A program made the translations under genes and the position numbers. The notes under the pieces are model-generated. The model searched no databases. It had not been told where the DNA came from and saw only the letters and a list, made by a program, of their open reading frames with translations. A DNA stretch of 64,000 bases from a virus. Location of the stretch: the IMG/VR virus record IMGVR_UViG_3300037423_000701, positions 1-64,000 of that record; one strand, given 5' to 3'. Shown here in pieces: positions 51,881 through 61,912 of this stretch; the first letter of the stretch is position 1, and each line of letters starts with the position of its first letter.

Positions 51881-52089
51881 ATGATGTATATGCAAAGCGT
51901 ATTGAGATTTATCGCACTGCCCTGAATAGAATCGGTGTTGGCGTTAACCCCCTTGGTGATGACCTATACCAAGAATGTGAAATGTATAGGGGTTGGTTGG
52001 TGCAATATACCAATGATGTGCGCCAAACCCGCGAAGCAAGGATCGCCCGCGCCGCCCTCAAAGAAGCAAGTCTCATCTGGCCACGATGA
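51877..52089 (+). CDS. hypothetical protein (70 aa)
   Basis: Coupled ORF. Confidence 0.55.
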   Translation: MNDVYAKRIEIYRTALNRIGVGVNPLGDDLYQECEMYRGWLVQYTNDVRQTREARIARAALKEASLIWPR

Positions 52090-53090
52090 ATCTAGAGAAC
52101 GTAGATGTACTGGATATGCTCCAGGCTCTACAAATCAGGAACATTGATGACCTGGGCGATGAGATTCAATATTCTTGCCCGTTTCCATTTCACGCTAACG
52201 GTGATGACACACCGTCAGCGTACATGAACACTAGGACGACTGCATTTTATTGTCATGGCTGCAAGGCAAAAGGAAACGCTATACACTTTCTCGCCAAACT
52301 CGAAGGCATATCGCCGCTATTGGCAGCAAGGTTTTTGCGCGAGAGGTATGACAGCGGATTCAGAGAACCAGACGGAGAGCTACTACGAGAATTTGATGAT
52401 CTATGGCGGGCCGATGATTCAAACTTGGATCAACTACCCGAACCACAGGAAATCAATTATGAAATGAGTCCCTTACCTAAGGGGCCATTTGATTACTTGA
52501 TCGGCAGAGGATTTCTGCCAGAAACGCTTGAATCCTGGCAGATCAGCTATGACCATTTCAGTGATCGCATCGCTATACCGGTTAGGAATCAGGACGGAGG
52601 TTTGATCGGATTCAAGGGTCGCTCCCATCGCCCTGATCACAAGCCAAAGTACCTTGTACTCGGTGATAGAGAGAATAGATCGGCACGGTATGGATTTCCA
52701 ACCTATGAAGTATCTCGGGTAGTATTCGGTCTGGATAAGGTAATCAAGAGTCACCCTAAAAATAATACCGTTATTATCACTGAAGGAGAACTAGATGTTA
52801 TATCTCTTTCTCAAAAAGGTTTTAGTAACTCTGTTTCTATTGGAAGTAACCCATCTGACTATCATAGAGATTCCATATTGGGCACTTGCTCCGATGTTGT
52901 TCTGTTCTTGGACAGCGATCCGGCCGGAGCTAAAGCGGTTTCGATCTTGATTGAAATGTTTGAGCCCTACGTGCCGGTGCGGGTCGTGCCGGAGCATGAG
53001 GGTGACCCGGCGAGTCTTACGACAGAGGCGTGTGAAATACTTATAAGACAGGCAGTAGGAACACAAGAAATTTGGATGCCTGAAATCTAA
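52086..53090 (+). CDS. dnaG: DnaG-type primase (CHC2 zinc finger plus TOPRIM)
   Basis: CPFPFH...CHGC zinc finger. TOPRIM motifs ITEGELDVISL and FLDSDPAG. Confidence 0.8.
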   Translation: MNLENVDVLDMLQALQIRNIDDLGDEIQYSCPFPFHANGDDTPSAYMNTRTTAFYCHGCKAKGNAIHFLAKLEGISPLLAARFLRERYDSGFREPDGELLREFDDLWRADDSNLDQLPEPQEINYEMSPLPKGPFDYLIGRGFLPETLESWQISYDHFSDRIAIPVRNQDGGLIGFKGRSHRPDHKPKYLVLGDRENRSARYGFPTYEVSRVVFGLDKVIKSHPKNNTVIITEGELDVISLSQKGFSNSVSIGSNPSDYHRDSILGTCSDVVLFLDSDPAGAKAVSILIEMFEPYVPVRVVPEHEGDPASLTTEACEILIRQAVGTQEIWMPEI

Positions 53091-53115
53091 CGTGGATCGT
53101 GAATAGGAGAACTAC

Positions 53116-53898
53116 ATGGCTTTACAAGGTTTTGAAGCAGTACGACGGGCATCCCAGGAGATTACTGAGCGTAAGAATTCTGGTGGTTCTTTCGGACCCC
53201 GTGAATTGTGGCCCAATCTGCGTAATTCGGGCGACACCATCCAGGTTCGTTTCTTGGAGCAGGGCGAGGATGTGAAGGTGGCCTGGGTTCATGAATATAA
53301 GAAGCCCAATGTTAATAAGTCTTTCTTCACACCTTGCTTGGATCAATCCGACGAGGGAAATCCTTGCCCCGGGTGTGAGCTTGGTATCAAGCGTAAGTTC
53401 CAGGGGTACATCAACGTTATTCAGCGCAACTCACCGCAGCTAAAGCGCGGCGAGGACGGACGCGCCGTCAAGAATGAGACGGGCCAGTATGTCGTTGAAT
53501 CGTATAAGGATGAGATCGGAGTTTGGGTACAGGGAATCACCGTATTTGAGGATTTGGCCGATAAGGATATTACTTATCGTGGTCTTACCACTCGTGATTT
53601 TAAAATCACTCGGCGTGGATCTGGCCTGAACACCAAGTACGTGATCGAACCGGCTGTCGATGAAGATGGTAACGCTAACGCTACCCCTCTGACAGCAGAC
53701 GATCAGGAACTCATCAAGGAAAAGTACGATCTGGACAAGGAATATCTAACGCCGCTTAGCTACGAGCAGATGAACGCTCTGTTCGCCAAGGGTGAGATTC
53801 CCTCGGGCGGTGGCGTCAAGCCGGAAGATGTGCAGCCTACTTCTCCGTTCGCCAGAGGCGACGGGGAGAGCCGCGCTAACCGATTCTTGGAGGGTTGA
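53116..53898 (+). CDS. gp32-like ssDNA-binding protein candidate
   Basis: H-x15-C-x9-C-x2-C (HEYKK...TPCLDQSDEGNPCPGC) resembles the T4 gp32 zinc site. Sits between primase and polymerase. Confidence 0.45.
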   Translation: MALQGFEAVRRASQEITERKNSGGSFGPRELWPNLRNSGDTIQVRFLEQGEDVKVAWVHEYKKPNVNKSFFTPCLDQSDEGNPCPGCELGIKRKFQGYINVIQRNSPQLKRGEDGRAVKNETGQYVVESYKDEIGVWVQGITVFEDLADKDITYRGLTTRDFKITRRGSGLNTKYVIEPAVDEDGNANATPLTADDQELIKEKYDLDKEYLTPLSYEQMNALFAKGEIPSGGGVKPEDVQPTSPFARGDGESRANRFLEG

Positions 53899-54296
53899 TG
53901 GGTACTATTGACAGTAGTCCTAATTTGAAGATTTCTGAGTTTGTAACAAAGGATGAGTTTGTAACAAAGGACTCAGGCGAGCGGGAAGAGTTTTCCACTG
54001 GTGCTCGCAGGGATATTCAGACAGGTAAGCCGCGTTATGACCTGATTCCTTCCCGTGCCCTGAAGCGTGTAGCTGGACTATACGCTCGGGGCGCGGAGAA
54101 GTATGGCGAGTCCAATTGGCAGAAGGGTATTCCATTTTCCCGCTGTCTCTCTTCATTGGAGCGGCATCTACATCAGTTCAAGATGGGCGAGATTGACGAG
54201 GATCATCTTGCCGCTGTGGCCTGGAATGCCTTGGCCATTATGCACTTTCAGGAGACTGATCGTAAGGATTTAAACGATATGGAAGGTAAATATTAA
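53895..54296 (+). CDS. dATP/dGTP pyrophosphohydrolase-like protein candidate
   Basis: GKPRYDLIP...GAEKYGESNWQKG pattern, as I remember it from phage dNTP diphosphohydrolase N-terminal domains. Confidence 0.4.
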   Translation: MMGTIDSSPNLKISEFVTKDEFVTKDSGEREEFSTGARRDIQTGKPRYDLIPSRALKRVAGLYARGAEKYGESNWQKGIPFSRCLSSLERHLHQFKMGEIDEDHLAAVAWNALAIMHFQETDRKDLNDMEGKY

Positions 54297-54476
54297 ATGG
54301 ATATAGTAGAATACGGAGTTTTAATACAGTTAAATGGAACTGAAAAAAGTTCTGTTCTACACACATGTTTAGGGCCTGAGAGTGCAAAGGGTACAGCAAA
54401 GGATCTTAGGAGCATGTATCCTTATGCAAGAATTATTTTATATCTAGAGAATAAGGCTGTGTACGGATATGTCTAG
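54297..54476 (+). CDS. hypothetical protein (59 aa)
   Basis: Hand-translated. Sits between coupled genes. Confidence 0.45.
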   Translation: MDIVEYGVLIQLNGTEKSSVLHTCLGPESAKGTAKDLRSMYPYARIILYLENKAVYGYV

Positions 54477-55137
54477 AATAGCTTTGGATATTGATGACAC
54501 ACTATATCCGTTTTGCAATGCGGCGAGAGACAAGATCGCTGAAATTGGGGCCAAAACTGGAAATGATTTGCTCATCACGGCAGCGTACACACCATGGCCC
54601 GAGTGGCGTTCACCGACAGACGTAATGGGTTTGGACATTTGGTTGGAAATTATTGATCATGTGCATCAGGACGAAACAATCCTTAAGCAAGAACCATATG
54701 ATGGCGCAGTTGATGTTGTTAATCGTCTTTATGATGCCGGATATGATCTCACGTACATTTCAAACCGCGATCTTAAAACACATGAGGCAACGCAGTCCTG
54801 GCTTCAAGCGTGCGGCTTCCCTCTTGATAAAGAGAACACAGAACTAATTTGTACGACTGGCGATAAAACTCAACATATGAGGGATTGCCAGTACATTATT
54901 GATGACCGACCAAAGACTCTTATCCAGTTTGTCTATGATTTTCATTGGGCGCATAAGCATGGGTCGGATTCCAAGCGGCGGCTGGGGTTCGGGCTCCACA
55001 AAGAGTACAATCGCTCCCTGACAGATGCGCCGGGGATTTACTTGGCCCCGTCGTGGAACCTGTTGGAATTGTACTTAGCTAAAAAGGGATTGTTAGGTGC
55101 CCCGACCAAAGAACCCGCGCACCAAGGAAGTAGTTGA
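54469..55137 (+). CDS. HAD-family 5'(3')-deoxyribonucleotidase-like hydrolase
   Basis: Motif I ALDIDDTLY. Size and later motifs (ISNR, DD) are consistent. Confidence 0.6.
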   Translation: MSRIALDIDDTLYPFCNAARDKIAEIGAKTGNDLLITAAYTPWPEWRSPTDVMGLDIWLEIIDHVHQDETILKQEPYDGAVDVVNRLYDAGYDLTYISNRDLKTHEATQSWLQACGFPLDKENTELICTTGDKTQHMRDCQYIIDDRPKTLIQFVYDFHWAHKHGSDSKRRLGFGLHKEYNRSLTDAPGIYLAPSWNLLELYLAKKGLLGAPTKEPAHQGSS

Positions 55138-55435
55138 GCTTTACGAAACGTATTCGATTAATAAAATTGTCGAGTTAACTGGCATCCCCTTCAGTACCGT
55201 ACGTGGCATTCTCGTTTCTGAGGGCGTGCAGCTACGGAAAAGAGGTAGCGCGGTTAACTGGCAACTCTCTTGGAAGGAGTATGAGAAGACGATTTTTCTT
55301 TATCATAAAGTCGGACTAGATTTAGAGGGCTGTGCAAAGCTACTAGATATTCACCCTGCGACTGTTCAAAAAAGACTAGTACGCGCCGGGGTTAAGTGTA
55401 GACCACGAGGTACGAGGGCGAAGGTTACTATATGA
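55097..55435 (+). CDS. DNA-binding protein with two HTH repeats
   Basis: IVELTGIPFSTVRGILVSEGV and CAKLLDIHPATVQKRLVRAGV. Confidence 0.55.
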   Translation: MPRPKNPRTKEVVELYETYSINKIVELTGIPFSTVRGILVSEGVQLRKRGSAVNWQLSWKEYEKTIFLYHKVGLDLEGCAKLLDIHPATVQKRLVRAGVKCRPRGTRAKVTI

Positions 55436-58400
55436 GCATTGTCCACACCCACCGACACGGTGAGTATTCTCTGTTGGATGGAGTAGGTACGGCAGAGCAA
55501 TATGTAGCGGAAGCAGTCCGCTTGGAGCAGCCGGGGATCGCCGTCACCGACCACGGCACTTTGGCCGGTGCCTTGCACCATTACAAGGCGTGTAAGGAAG
55601 CGGGAATCTTTCCCATCCTGGGCATGGAGGCGTACTTCAAGCCCAACCGCCACCTGAAGGACGCTGAGAATAAGGTCTTCTACCACCTTGTTCTCTTAGC
55701 TAAGGACCTTAAGGGCTGGCATAACCTTATGAGGATTTCCTCAGAGGCTTACAAGACTGGTTTTTATTACAAGCCGTGTATTGATTTTGACTTGTTGTCG
55801 CAGTACAACGAAGGCATCATTTGCACTACGGCTTGTATATCTAGCTATCTGAACAAATCAATCCTTGGCGGTGATCACACAGCCGTCAATGATACCGTCA
55901 CATTCTTGAAGGACACCTTCAGGGAAGATTTGTTCGTGGAAATCATGCCCCATGATTTTGACGACCAGAAGGTACTAAACGTGGAGTTGGCCAACCTCGC
56001 CAGCGAACACAGTCTTCCGTTGATCGCCACGGTGGATGCCCATTATCCCTACAAGGAATGGGCTGACACGCAGGACATTATGTTGATGATGGCCACTGGC
56101 CAGACGGTTGAGAAGAGAAAGAAGAAGAAGGAAGCTGGTGAGGATGTATACGAGTTTGGCTGTGACTCGCTCTATCTCATGAGCCGCGAGGATGTTGAGA
56201 ATGCTTTCGAGAGAAATCATCCTCATATTCCCAAAGAGATAGTAAAAGACTCAATCAATAACACCCTCGAAGTCATGAACCGGGTCGTTCCCTTCATGAT
56301 TTCTAAGCGCCAAAAGATGCCAAAGGTTGAGGGCAACTCGAAGGATATTGTCCGTCAGTGGTGCGAAGAGGGATTGCAGGAAAAACTTGAAGACGGACAG
56401 GACATTGACGGCCGCTATCGGGAGCGGTTGGAGTTCGAGCTAGAGACGATTGAGCGCAATGGCGCACTCGATTACTTCGTGGTCGTCGGTGACGTATGCC
56501 GCTGGGCCAGGGGCCAGGGCATCCGCATTGGTGCCGGTCGCGGCTCTGCTGCTGGGTGTCTCGTCTCTTACCTAATCGGCATCACCTACCTCGACCCCAT
56601 CGCCCATGGACTGCTCTTCGAGCGCTTCATGAACCCTGACCGTAAGGGAATGCCCGATATCGACCTGGACTTCCAGAGCGACCGCCGCGATGAAGTTAAG
56701 AAGTATGTATCAGAAAAGTATGGAGAGGACCATGTAGCAGACATTTGTTCTCACCAGACGTTTAAAACCAAGGGCTCTCTTCAGAAGGTTGCCAGAGTCT
56801 TTGATATGTATAAGGAATCCCATGAAGTAACAGAGACTATTGGCGATGATGAAGATGTGAAGCTAGAGCGTCTGGCTGAGGTAAACGCCAACTTCACTGA
56901 GTTCGCCGCTAATAACCCGACGATTTGGAAGCACGCCTGCCGAGTTCAGGGTCAGGTTCATACTATCTCCAAGCACGCCGCCGGGGTAGTAGTCACCGAC
57001 CGACCAATTTCTGAGTACATGCCGATCATGTTCGGCAAGAAAGGCGAGGTAGTAACGCAATGGGGTGCCAGTTCTGATTTCAACATCATTGATGAGTACG
57101 GATTCCCAAAGATTGACTTCCTGGGGATCAAGGGACTGGCTATGCAGGAGTATGCCTGTGATCTGATCGAAGAGAACCATGGCATACGTATCAATTTGAA
57201 TGATCTGCCGGTGATGAATAACCCCTATGCCACCGACCAGAAGGTGTTGGATGCCTTCAGTAAGGGTTTAGTCCTAGGGGTCTTCCAGTTCACCGGTTCG
57301 CGCGGGTTCGCCAAGTTGATTCAGTCTTTCAAACCTAACTGGCTGGGCGACCTGGGCGCTGCGAACGCGATCTATCGCCCCGGCCCGCTCGGCGGCGACG
57401 TGGATAAGTTCTATGCAAACAGAAAGTTTGGTAGAGAACAAGTTTCTTACTACCATGAGTCCGCCGAAGATGTATTGAAGGAAACTTATGGTCTAATTGT
57501 CTACCAGGAACAGATCATGAAGCTCGCACAGGCTATGGCGAACTTCACTGGCGGTGATGCTGACACGCTACGGAAGGCGATCAGCAAAGAATACCGAAAC
57601 GGTATGGCCCACGTCATCAAGTATCTTGAAGACAAAGGATATAAGGAGAAGTGGTACCAGGGATGCCGCGACAATGGCATAAATGATTCCGTCATACAGG
57701 AGGTATGGCGTCTGATCATCGCCTTCGGAGATTACGGATTTAACAAGTCTCATGCTTACGCGTATGCCTCTCAGTCGTATCAGGATATGTGGCTTAAAGT
57801 ATTCTACCCCACAGAATTCTATGCCTCCCTTCTTACATATCACGCTGATCTTGCACGGCGTACGGTGCGAGAAGCGAGAATGTTTGATGTAGAAGTCAAG
57901 CCGCCGGATATCAACCGCTCGGGGCGCGAGTTCACGGTCAGCGATGGAGAGATTCTGTTCGGTCTGAAGGCGGTCAAAAACATGGGCGACGTAGCGGTTA
58001 GGGAGGTACTGGAAAAGCAACCCTTCCGCTCTTATGAGGATTTTTGCGAGCGCATCACCCCGAGGGCGTGCAATAAAACCTCCAAGGCGGCCCTGGTAGC
58101 CGCCGGTGCCTTCGACCGTTGGGGTATGCGAGAAGAATGGACTCCTGATCAGATCAACAAGTCTGAGAGAGAAATCCTGGGCGTCACTATCTCACAGTCA
58201 CAGATCATTAACAAGTACAAGGATCTAGTGGCAAGGCTCATTACCTCTGAGGAACAATTTGATGGGCTGCCTGCTGGCTCGCCAGTGATTGTGGGTGGAG
58301 ATATGATCTATAGCAAGGAAATTAAGACTCGTGGTGGTAAGAAGATGGGCTTTGTGGAGCTACAGTTTGGTTCCCAAACATGGCAAACCACTCTCTTTAT

Positions 58401-58560
58401 CGAAGAGTGGGCCGAGTTCTATCCAATTATCATCACTGGCGATCCCTTGATGATCAGAGGAAGAAAAGATTTTGCCCCTAATGGTAAGCCCACCATTATC
58501 GTAGACTCACTTGCTACAGTAGAAGAAGTAGCAATGGAACTAGCGAATAGGAGCGGATAG
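55432..58560 (+). CDS. dnaE: DNA polymerase III alpha subunit (DnaE-type)
   Basis: PHP motif HTHRHGEYSLLDG. GAGRGSAAGCLVSYLIGIT. 1042 aa. Confidence 0.9.
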   Translation: MSIVHTHRHGEYSLLDGVGTAEQYVAEAVRLEQPGIAVTDHGTLAGALHHYKACKEAGIFPILGMEAYFKPNRHLKDAENKVFYHLVLLAKDLKGWHNLMRISSEAYKTGFYYKPCIDFDLLSQYNEGIICTTACISSYLNKSILGGDHTAVNDTVTFLKDTFREDLFVEIMPHDFDDQKVLNVELANLASEHSLPLIATVDAHYPYKEWADTQDIMLMMATGQTVEKRKKKKEAGEDVYEFGCDSLYLMSREDVENAFERNHPHIPKEIVKDSINNTLEVMNRVVPFMISKRQKMPKVEGNSKDIVRQWCEEGLQEKLEDGQDIDGRYRERLEFELETIERNGALDYFVVVGDVCRWARGQGIRIGAGRGSAAGCLVSYLIGITYLDPIAHGLLFERFMNPDRKGMPDIDLDFQSDRRDEVKKYVSEKYGEDHVADICSHQTFKTKGSLQKVARVFDMYKESHEVTETIGDDEDVKLERLAEVNANFTEFAANNPTIWKHACRVQGQVHTISKHAAGVVVTDRPISEYMPIMFGKKGEVVTQWGASSDFNIIDEYGFPKIDFLGIKGLAMQEYACDLIEENHGIRINLNDLPVMNNPYATDQKVLDAFSKGLVLGVFQFTGSRGFAKLIQSFKPNWLGDLGAANAIYRPGPLGGDVDKFYANRKFGREQVSYYHESAEDVLKETYGLIVYQEQIMKLAQAMANFTGGDADTLRKAISKEYRNGMAHVIKYLEDKGYKEKWYQGCRDNGINDSVIQEVWRLIIAFGDYGFNKSHAYAYASQSYQDMWLKVFYPTEFYASLLTYHADLARRTVREARMFDVEVKPPDINRSGREFTVSDGEILFGLKAVKNMGDVAVREVLEKQPFRSYEDFCERITPRACNKTSKAALVAAGAFDRWGMREEWTPDQINKSEREILGVTISQSQIINKYKDLVARLITSEEQFDGLPAGSPVIVGGDMIYSKEIKTRGGKKMGFVELQFGSQTWQTTLFIEEWAEFYPIIITGDPLMIRGRKDFAPNGKPTIIVDSLATVEEVAMELANRSG

Positions 58561-59582
58561 TGGCTGTGGCTGATAAAAAAGTTCAGGATATTATTGATGA
58601 GATTAGATTGCAATATGGAGACGACCGTGCAAACTCTGGATCAGAAGAGCCGCCGATTGGTCATATCTCTACGGGTTCACTGGAGTTGGATTACGCAACC
58701 AACGGTGGCATCCCTATCGGGCGGTGGTCGCGTTTTTACGGTCCGAAGTCCTCTGGTAAGTCAACGAAGTGCTGGCACGTCGTCGCTGAGGCACAGCGAC
58801 AGGGTATGGTATGTGCCTACTACAACGCCGAGAAGCAGTTCACGGACGAATTTGCTGCCAAGCAGGGAGTTGATACCGACAATCTAATCATTGTCCAAGG
58901 AACAGTCATCGAAGATATCGGTGAGGTTATGGAGGGCCTAATGGAGAAGGTAGACCTTCACGTAATCGACTCTTGCTCTTCCACTATTACTCGTGTTGAG
59001 TTAGCTGACGGTCTGAACGAGAAGGAATACTACGCTATCCGCGCTCGCAAGTGGGCACAACAGTTTGCCTTTGTCAACGAACGCTTTGATCAGAATAGAA
59101 ACACTGTGATCCTTGTCGATCAGGTGAGAACTAAGATTGGTTCTGGACCATACGTATCTTATGAGCCGCCGGGCGGCAAGTATATGGAACATGTTTCTTC
59201 TATGACAGTAGAGTTTAAATCAGGTGCTCAACTTTGGTACGACAAAGATGGTTTGTTGAGCGAAACTAGAAATACAAAGCAGAAGACTTTATCCGGCGGT
59301 GCTGAGGCAGACGGTATTGAGATTAAAGCAAAGGTTGTTAAGTCCAGGGTATGTCGGCCGCTTCTTACAGCCAATATGAAATGGGATTTTAACCTATCTG
59401 AGTTTGATCATGTCGATGAGTATGTCAAGGCTGCTAAATATTTTGGCGTGGTTGAAAGTTCGGGCGGCTGGATAAAACTCCCAGGCGAAGAAAAGTCCAT
59501 CCGCCCCCGTGAATTGCGCGAACGGTTGGATTCGGACGACGGGTTGCGCGAGGCGATCCGCGAAGCTATGCTCAACCGCTAG
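58560..59582 (+). CDS. recA: RecA-family recombinase
   Basis: GSLELDYATNGGIPIGRWSRFYGPKSSGKST aligns with the RecA N-terminus and Walker A. GTG start. Confidence 0.8.
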   Translation: MAVADKKVQDIIDEIRLQYGDDRANSGSEEPPIGHISTGSLELDYATNGGIPIGRWSRFYGPKSSGKSTKCWHVVAEAQRQGMVCAYYNAEKQFTDEFAAKQGVDTDNLIIVQGTVIEDIGEVMEGLMEKVDLHVIDSCSSTITRVELADGLNEKEYYAIRARKWAQQFAFVNERFDQNRNTVILVDQVRTKIGSGPYVSYEPPGGKYMEHVSSMTVEFKSGAQLWYDKDGLLSETRNTKQKTLSGGAEADGIEIKAKVVKSRVCRPLLTANMKWDFNLSEFDHVDEYVKAAKYFGVVESSGGWIKLPGEEKSIRPRELRERLDSDDGLREAIREAMLNR

Positions 59583-59618
59583 ACAGTTCTCGGAAAGACT
59601 GTTAAGGTTCCCACCGCT

Positions 59619-59831
59619 ATGCATCCATGCCAATCGGAAGGGCGTTCCCGCTTACACTTAGACGAAGTGCGCCGCCGGACCTCCTGGTCCCAGGCCCAGG
59701 CGGAGCTAAACCGCCAGGAAGCGGCGCTCCGTCATAAGAGACAGAAGATCAAGAGTGATCTGATCACTATTGGAGTCCTGACCACACTGTTAGTCGGGGC
59801 TGTCTTTGGTCTAGATAAAATAATCGGTTAA
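59619..59831 (+). CDS. small protein with C-terminal TM anchor (70 aa)
   Basis: Basic N-terminus and TM segment LITIGVLTTLLVGAVFGL. Confidence 0.5.
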   Translation: MHPCQSEGRSRLHLDEVRRRTSWSQAQAELNRQEAALRHKRQKIKSDLITIGVLTTLLVGAVFGLDKIIG

Positions 59832-59841
59832 GGGAGTTTAG

Positions 59842-60456
59842 TTGAGTAAGAAGGCTGTAGTTCTTCTTTGTACAACAGTAGCTTTTCTGGCCGCCTGTGG
59901 TGGAGTCTCTACCACATTTGGTAATGACTGGCTAAGTCAGATTGACGCACGATCTAATAAGACCAAGCCATTTATTTCACCGTGGCCGAGTCGAGAGTTC
60001 TACAACTACACCAAGGCGCAGAAGCTTTACGCTGACCAGAATACTATTATCTGGTGTTCTACCACATGGGGTAATGCTTCGGCTCCTATCGTCACCGTGC
60101 CCATCGCTGGCAAGCTGACGAGTAGCAGCGTGTCGTTCTTCCCGTCGAGCCGTGTCAAGGTTGGCGATATGGGCGGCACGGAGTACACGCCTGAGCGCCG
60201 GTCGGTGGATGGCATGTATCACGGAAGCCCGCCGCCCTATCGCTATGGATTCACCCCAGGCGGCCAGTACGTGGACTTCTTTAACATGCCTACTTTCTGC
60301 ACCACGGCCCTGACCAAGTTCCAGCGTCAGGAGACTAAGGTCGCTGTCAGCTTTGATCAGGAAGCTCTAGTTGCTGATCGTGCTGCTGAGGCGGCGCTGA
60401 GAAGTGGCAATCCCTCACAGGCTCAGAAGATTCTATCCGACGCATTAGGAAAGTAA
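59842..60456 (+). CDS. lipoprotein (paralog 1)
   Basis: TTG start after AAGGGAG. Signal peptide with lipobox LAAC. Confidence 0.7.
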   Translation: MSKKAVVLLCTTVAFLAACGGVSTTFGNDWLSQIDARSNKTKPFISPWPSREFYNYTKAQKLYADQNTIIWCSTTWGNASAPIVTVPIAGKLTSSSVSFFPSSRVKVGDMGGTEYTPERRSVDGMYHGSPPPYRYGFTPGGQYVDFFNMPTFCTTALTKFQRQETKVAVSFDQEALVADRAAEAALRSGNPSQAQKILSDALGK

Positions 60457-61053
60457 ATGAAGAAACTCCTATTATTCATTCCATTATTACTATTATTTAT
60501 TGGTTGCGGTTCCGATAAACAGGAAAAATCTCAGTATGAGAAAGTTACTGAGAAGGCCAAAAAAGCTGAAGCCTATATTCCTAAGAATAATGTAGAGCTT
60601 AGAAACTATAATGATGCACAGAAGGTGTATGACGATCCCACCAATATTATTTGGTGTACGTTTTCCTTCACTAATCCTTCTTCGCCACTCGTCACTGTTC
60701 CGGTGTCGGGCAAGCTAACTTCGTCTTCCACGACGTTCTTTAACCCCGTAACGGTTTACGGCGATGGGTATGATTGGGGTGTGGCTATTCCGGCCCGCTC
60801 CGTTGACGGCCTATTCCATCCCAATCCGCCAGGGTATCGCTATGGCTTTACTCCAGGCGGTGCGTATGTAGATTTCTTCAACCTAGAAACCTACTGCTCG
60901 AACAAGCCAACTAAATTCCAGCGCCAGAATACAAAGGTTTCACTTGCTGTTGACGCTGGCCTGGGTGCTGCTGACGCTGCCGCTCAACGCGCTCTAAAGA
61001 ACGGCGATAAACGGGAAGCTCAGCGGATCATCGAACAAGCAATCGGAGGGTAA
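60457..61053 (+). CDS. lipoprotein (paralog 2)
   Basis: Lipobox FIGC. Shares the blocks IIWC, VTVP-x-GKLTSSS, RSVDG, YRYGFTPGG-x-YVDFFN and TKFQRQ with paralog 1. Confidence 0.7.
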   Translation: MKKLLLFIPLLLLFIGCGSDKQEKSQYEKVTEKAKKAEAYIPKNNVELRNYNDAQKVYDDPTNIIWCTFSFTNPSSPLVTVPVSGKLTSSSTTFFNPVTVYGDGYDWGVAIPARSVDGLFHPNPPGYRYGFTPGGAYVDFFNLETYCSNKPTKFQRQNTKVSLAVDAGLGAADAAAQRALKNGDKREAQRIIEQAIGG

Positions 61054-61547
61054 TGAGTCACAAAGATAGTGATAAGAAGTGGGAAGATCGCACAGAGCGT
61101 GTCTATGCTTCCTTTTCTGATCATCCGGTAAGAACCGGTGTAAAGTGGTATTTCATTGCGCTGGGTATTGTGATTTCCCTGGCTATCGTCGGTGGCATCG
61201 TGTCCTATGTCGGTTCCTGGGGGAGCGAGTCCAAGCGTGTTGCCTCGCCAGAGAACGTCCGCGAGCAGAACACTCAGATCATTGAAGATTACGAGTCACT
61301 GAAGGCGGCTGCAAGCAATGCCTGCGGTGTCTCTACCGGCGCGAAGTCGAGTGACGATCCGACACTAGTGGAGAACCCGGCGCTCGCGTATGAGGCCACC
61401 TATCGTCGCATCGAAGTAGACTACAACAGGAGAATGGCAAATCTCTACGAGGCGCAAGCAGTACGCAAGCTGCCTCTTCCATCTAACCTTCGGTCCTACC
61501 CTGAGGTGGCACCGACATTAAAGGAAATGCAGGCACAAGTATGCTAG
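61053..61547 (+). CDS. single-pass membrane protein (164 aa)
   Basis: TM segment WYFIALGIVISLAIVGGIVSYVG. TAATG coupling. Confidence 0.6.
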   Translation: MSHKDSDKKWEDRTERVYASFSDHPVRTGVKWYFIALGIVISLAIVGGIVSYVGSWGSESKRVASPENVREQNTQIIEDYESLKAAASNACGVSTGAKSSDDPTLVENPALAYEATYRRIEVDYNRRMANLYEAQAVRKLPLPSNLRSYPEVAPTLKEMQAQVC

Positions 61548-61912
61548 CAAGCCAGCTCTTAATCCAAGCGAAGGATCGAATTAAAGATCCTGAAAACTGG
61601 ACAAAATACGCCTACCAAAGAACTATCCAAAAGGGAATTTTCTTCAAGAAGGAAATCGTTTCCTATTGCGCGTATGGGGCAGTTCCGCTGCATTGCAACG
61701 TCGAACAGAGAGCACGCGCTTTAAACATTTTAGATCAAGCGGCACAAGAGTTTGGTTTTTCTAGCGCCCTGACACTGAACGATGACGCTGCAACAAAGCA
61801 CGCACTGGTTCTCATGATGTTTGATCGTGCTATTGAAATCGCGCAGGAGAAAGAACTAATTCAGTTCAATATCCAGACCATGAAAGAAAAGAAGGAGCTA
61901 GTCTCCGTCTGA
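61541..61912 (+). CDS. hypothetical protein (123 aa)
   Basis: Coupled ORF. Confidence 0.55.
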   Translation: MLASQLLIQAKDRIKDPENWTKYAYQRTIQKGIFFKKEIVSYCAYGAVPLHCNVEQRARALNILDQAAQEFGFSSALTLNDDAATKHALVLMMFDRAIEIAQEKELIQFNIQTMKEKKELVSV

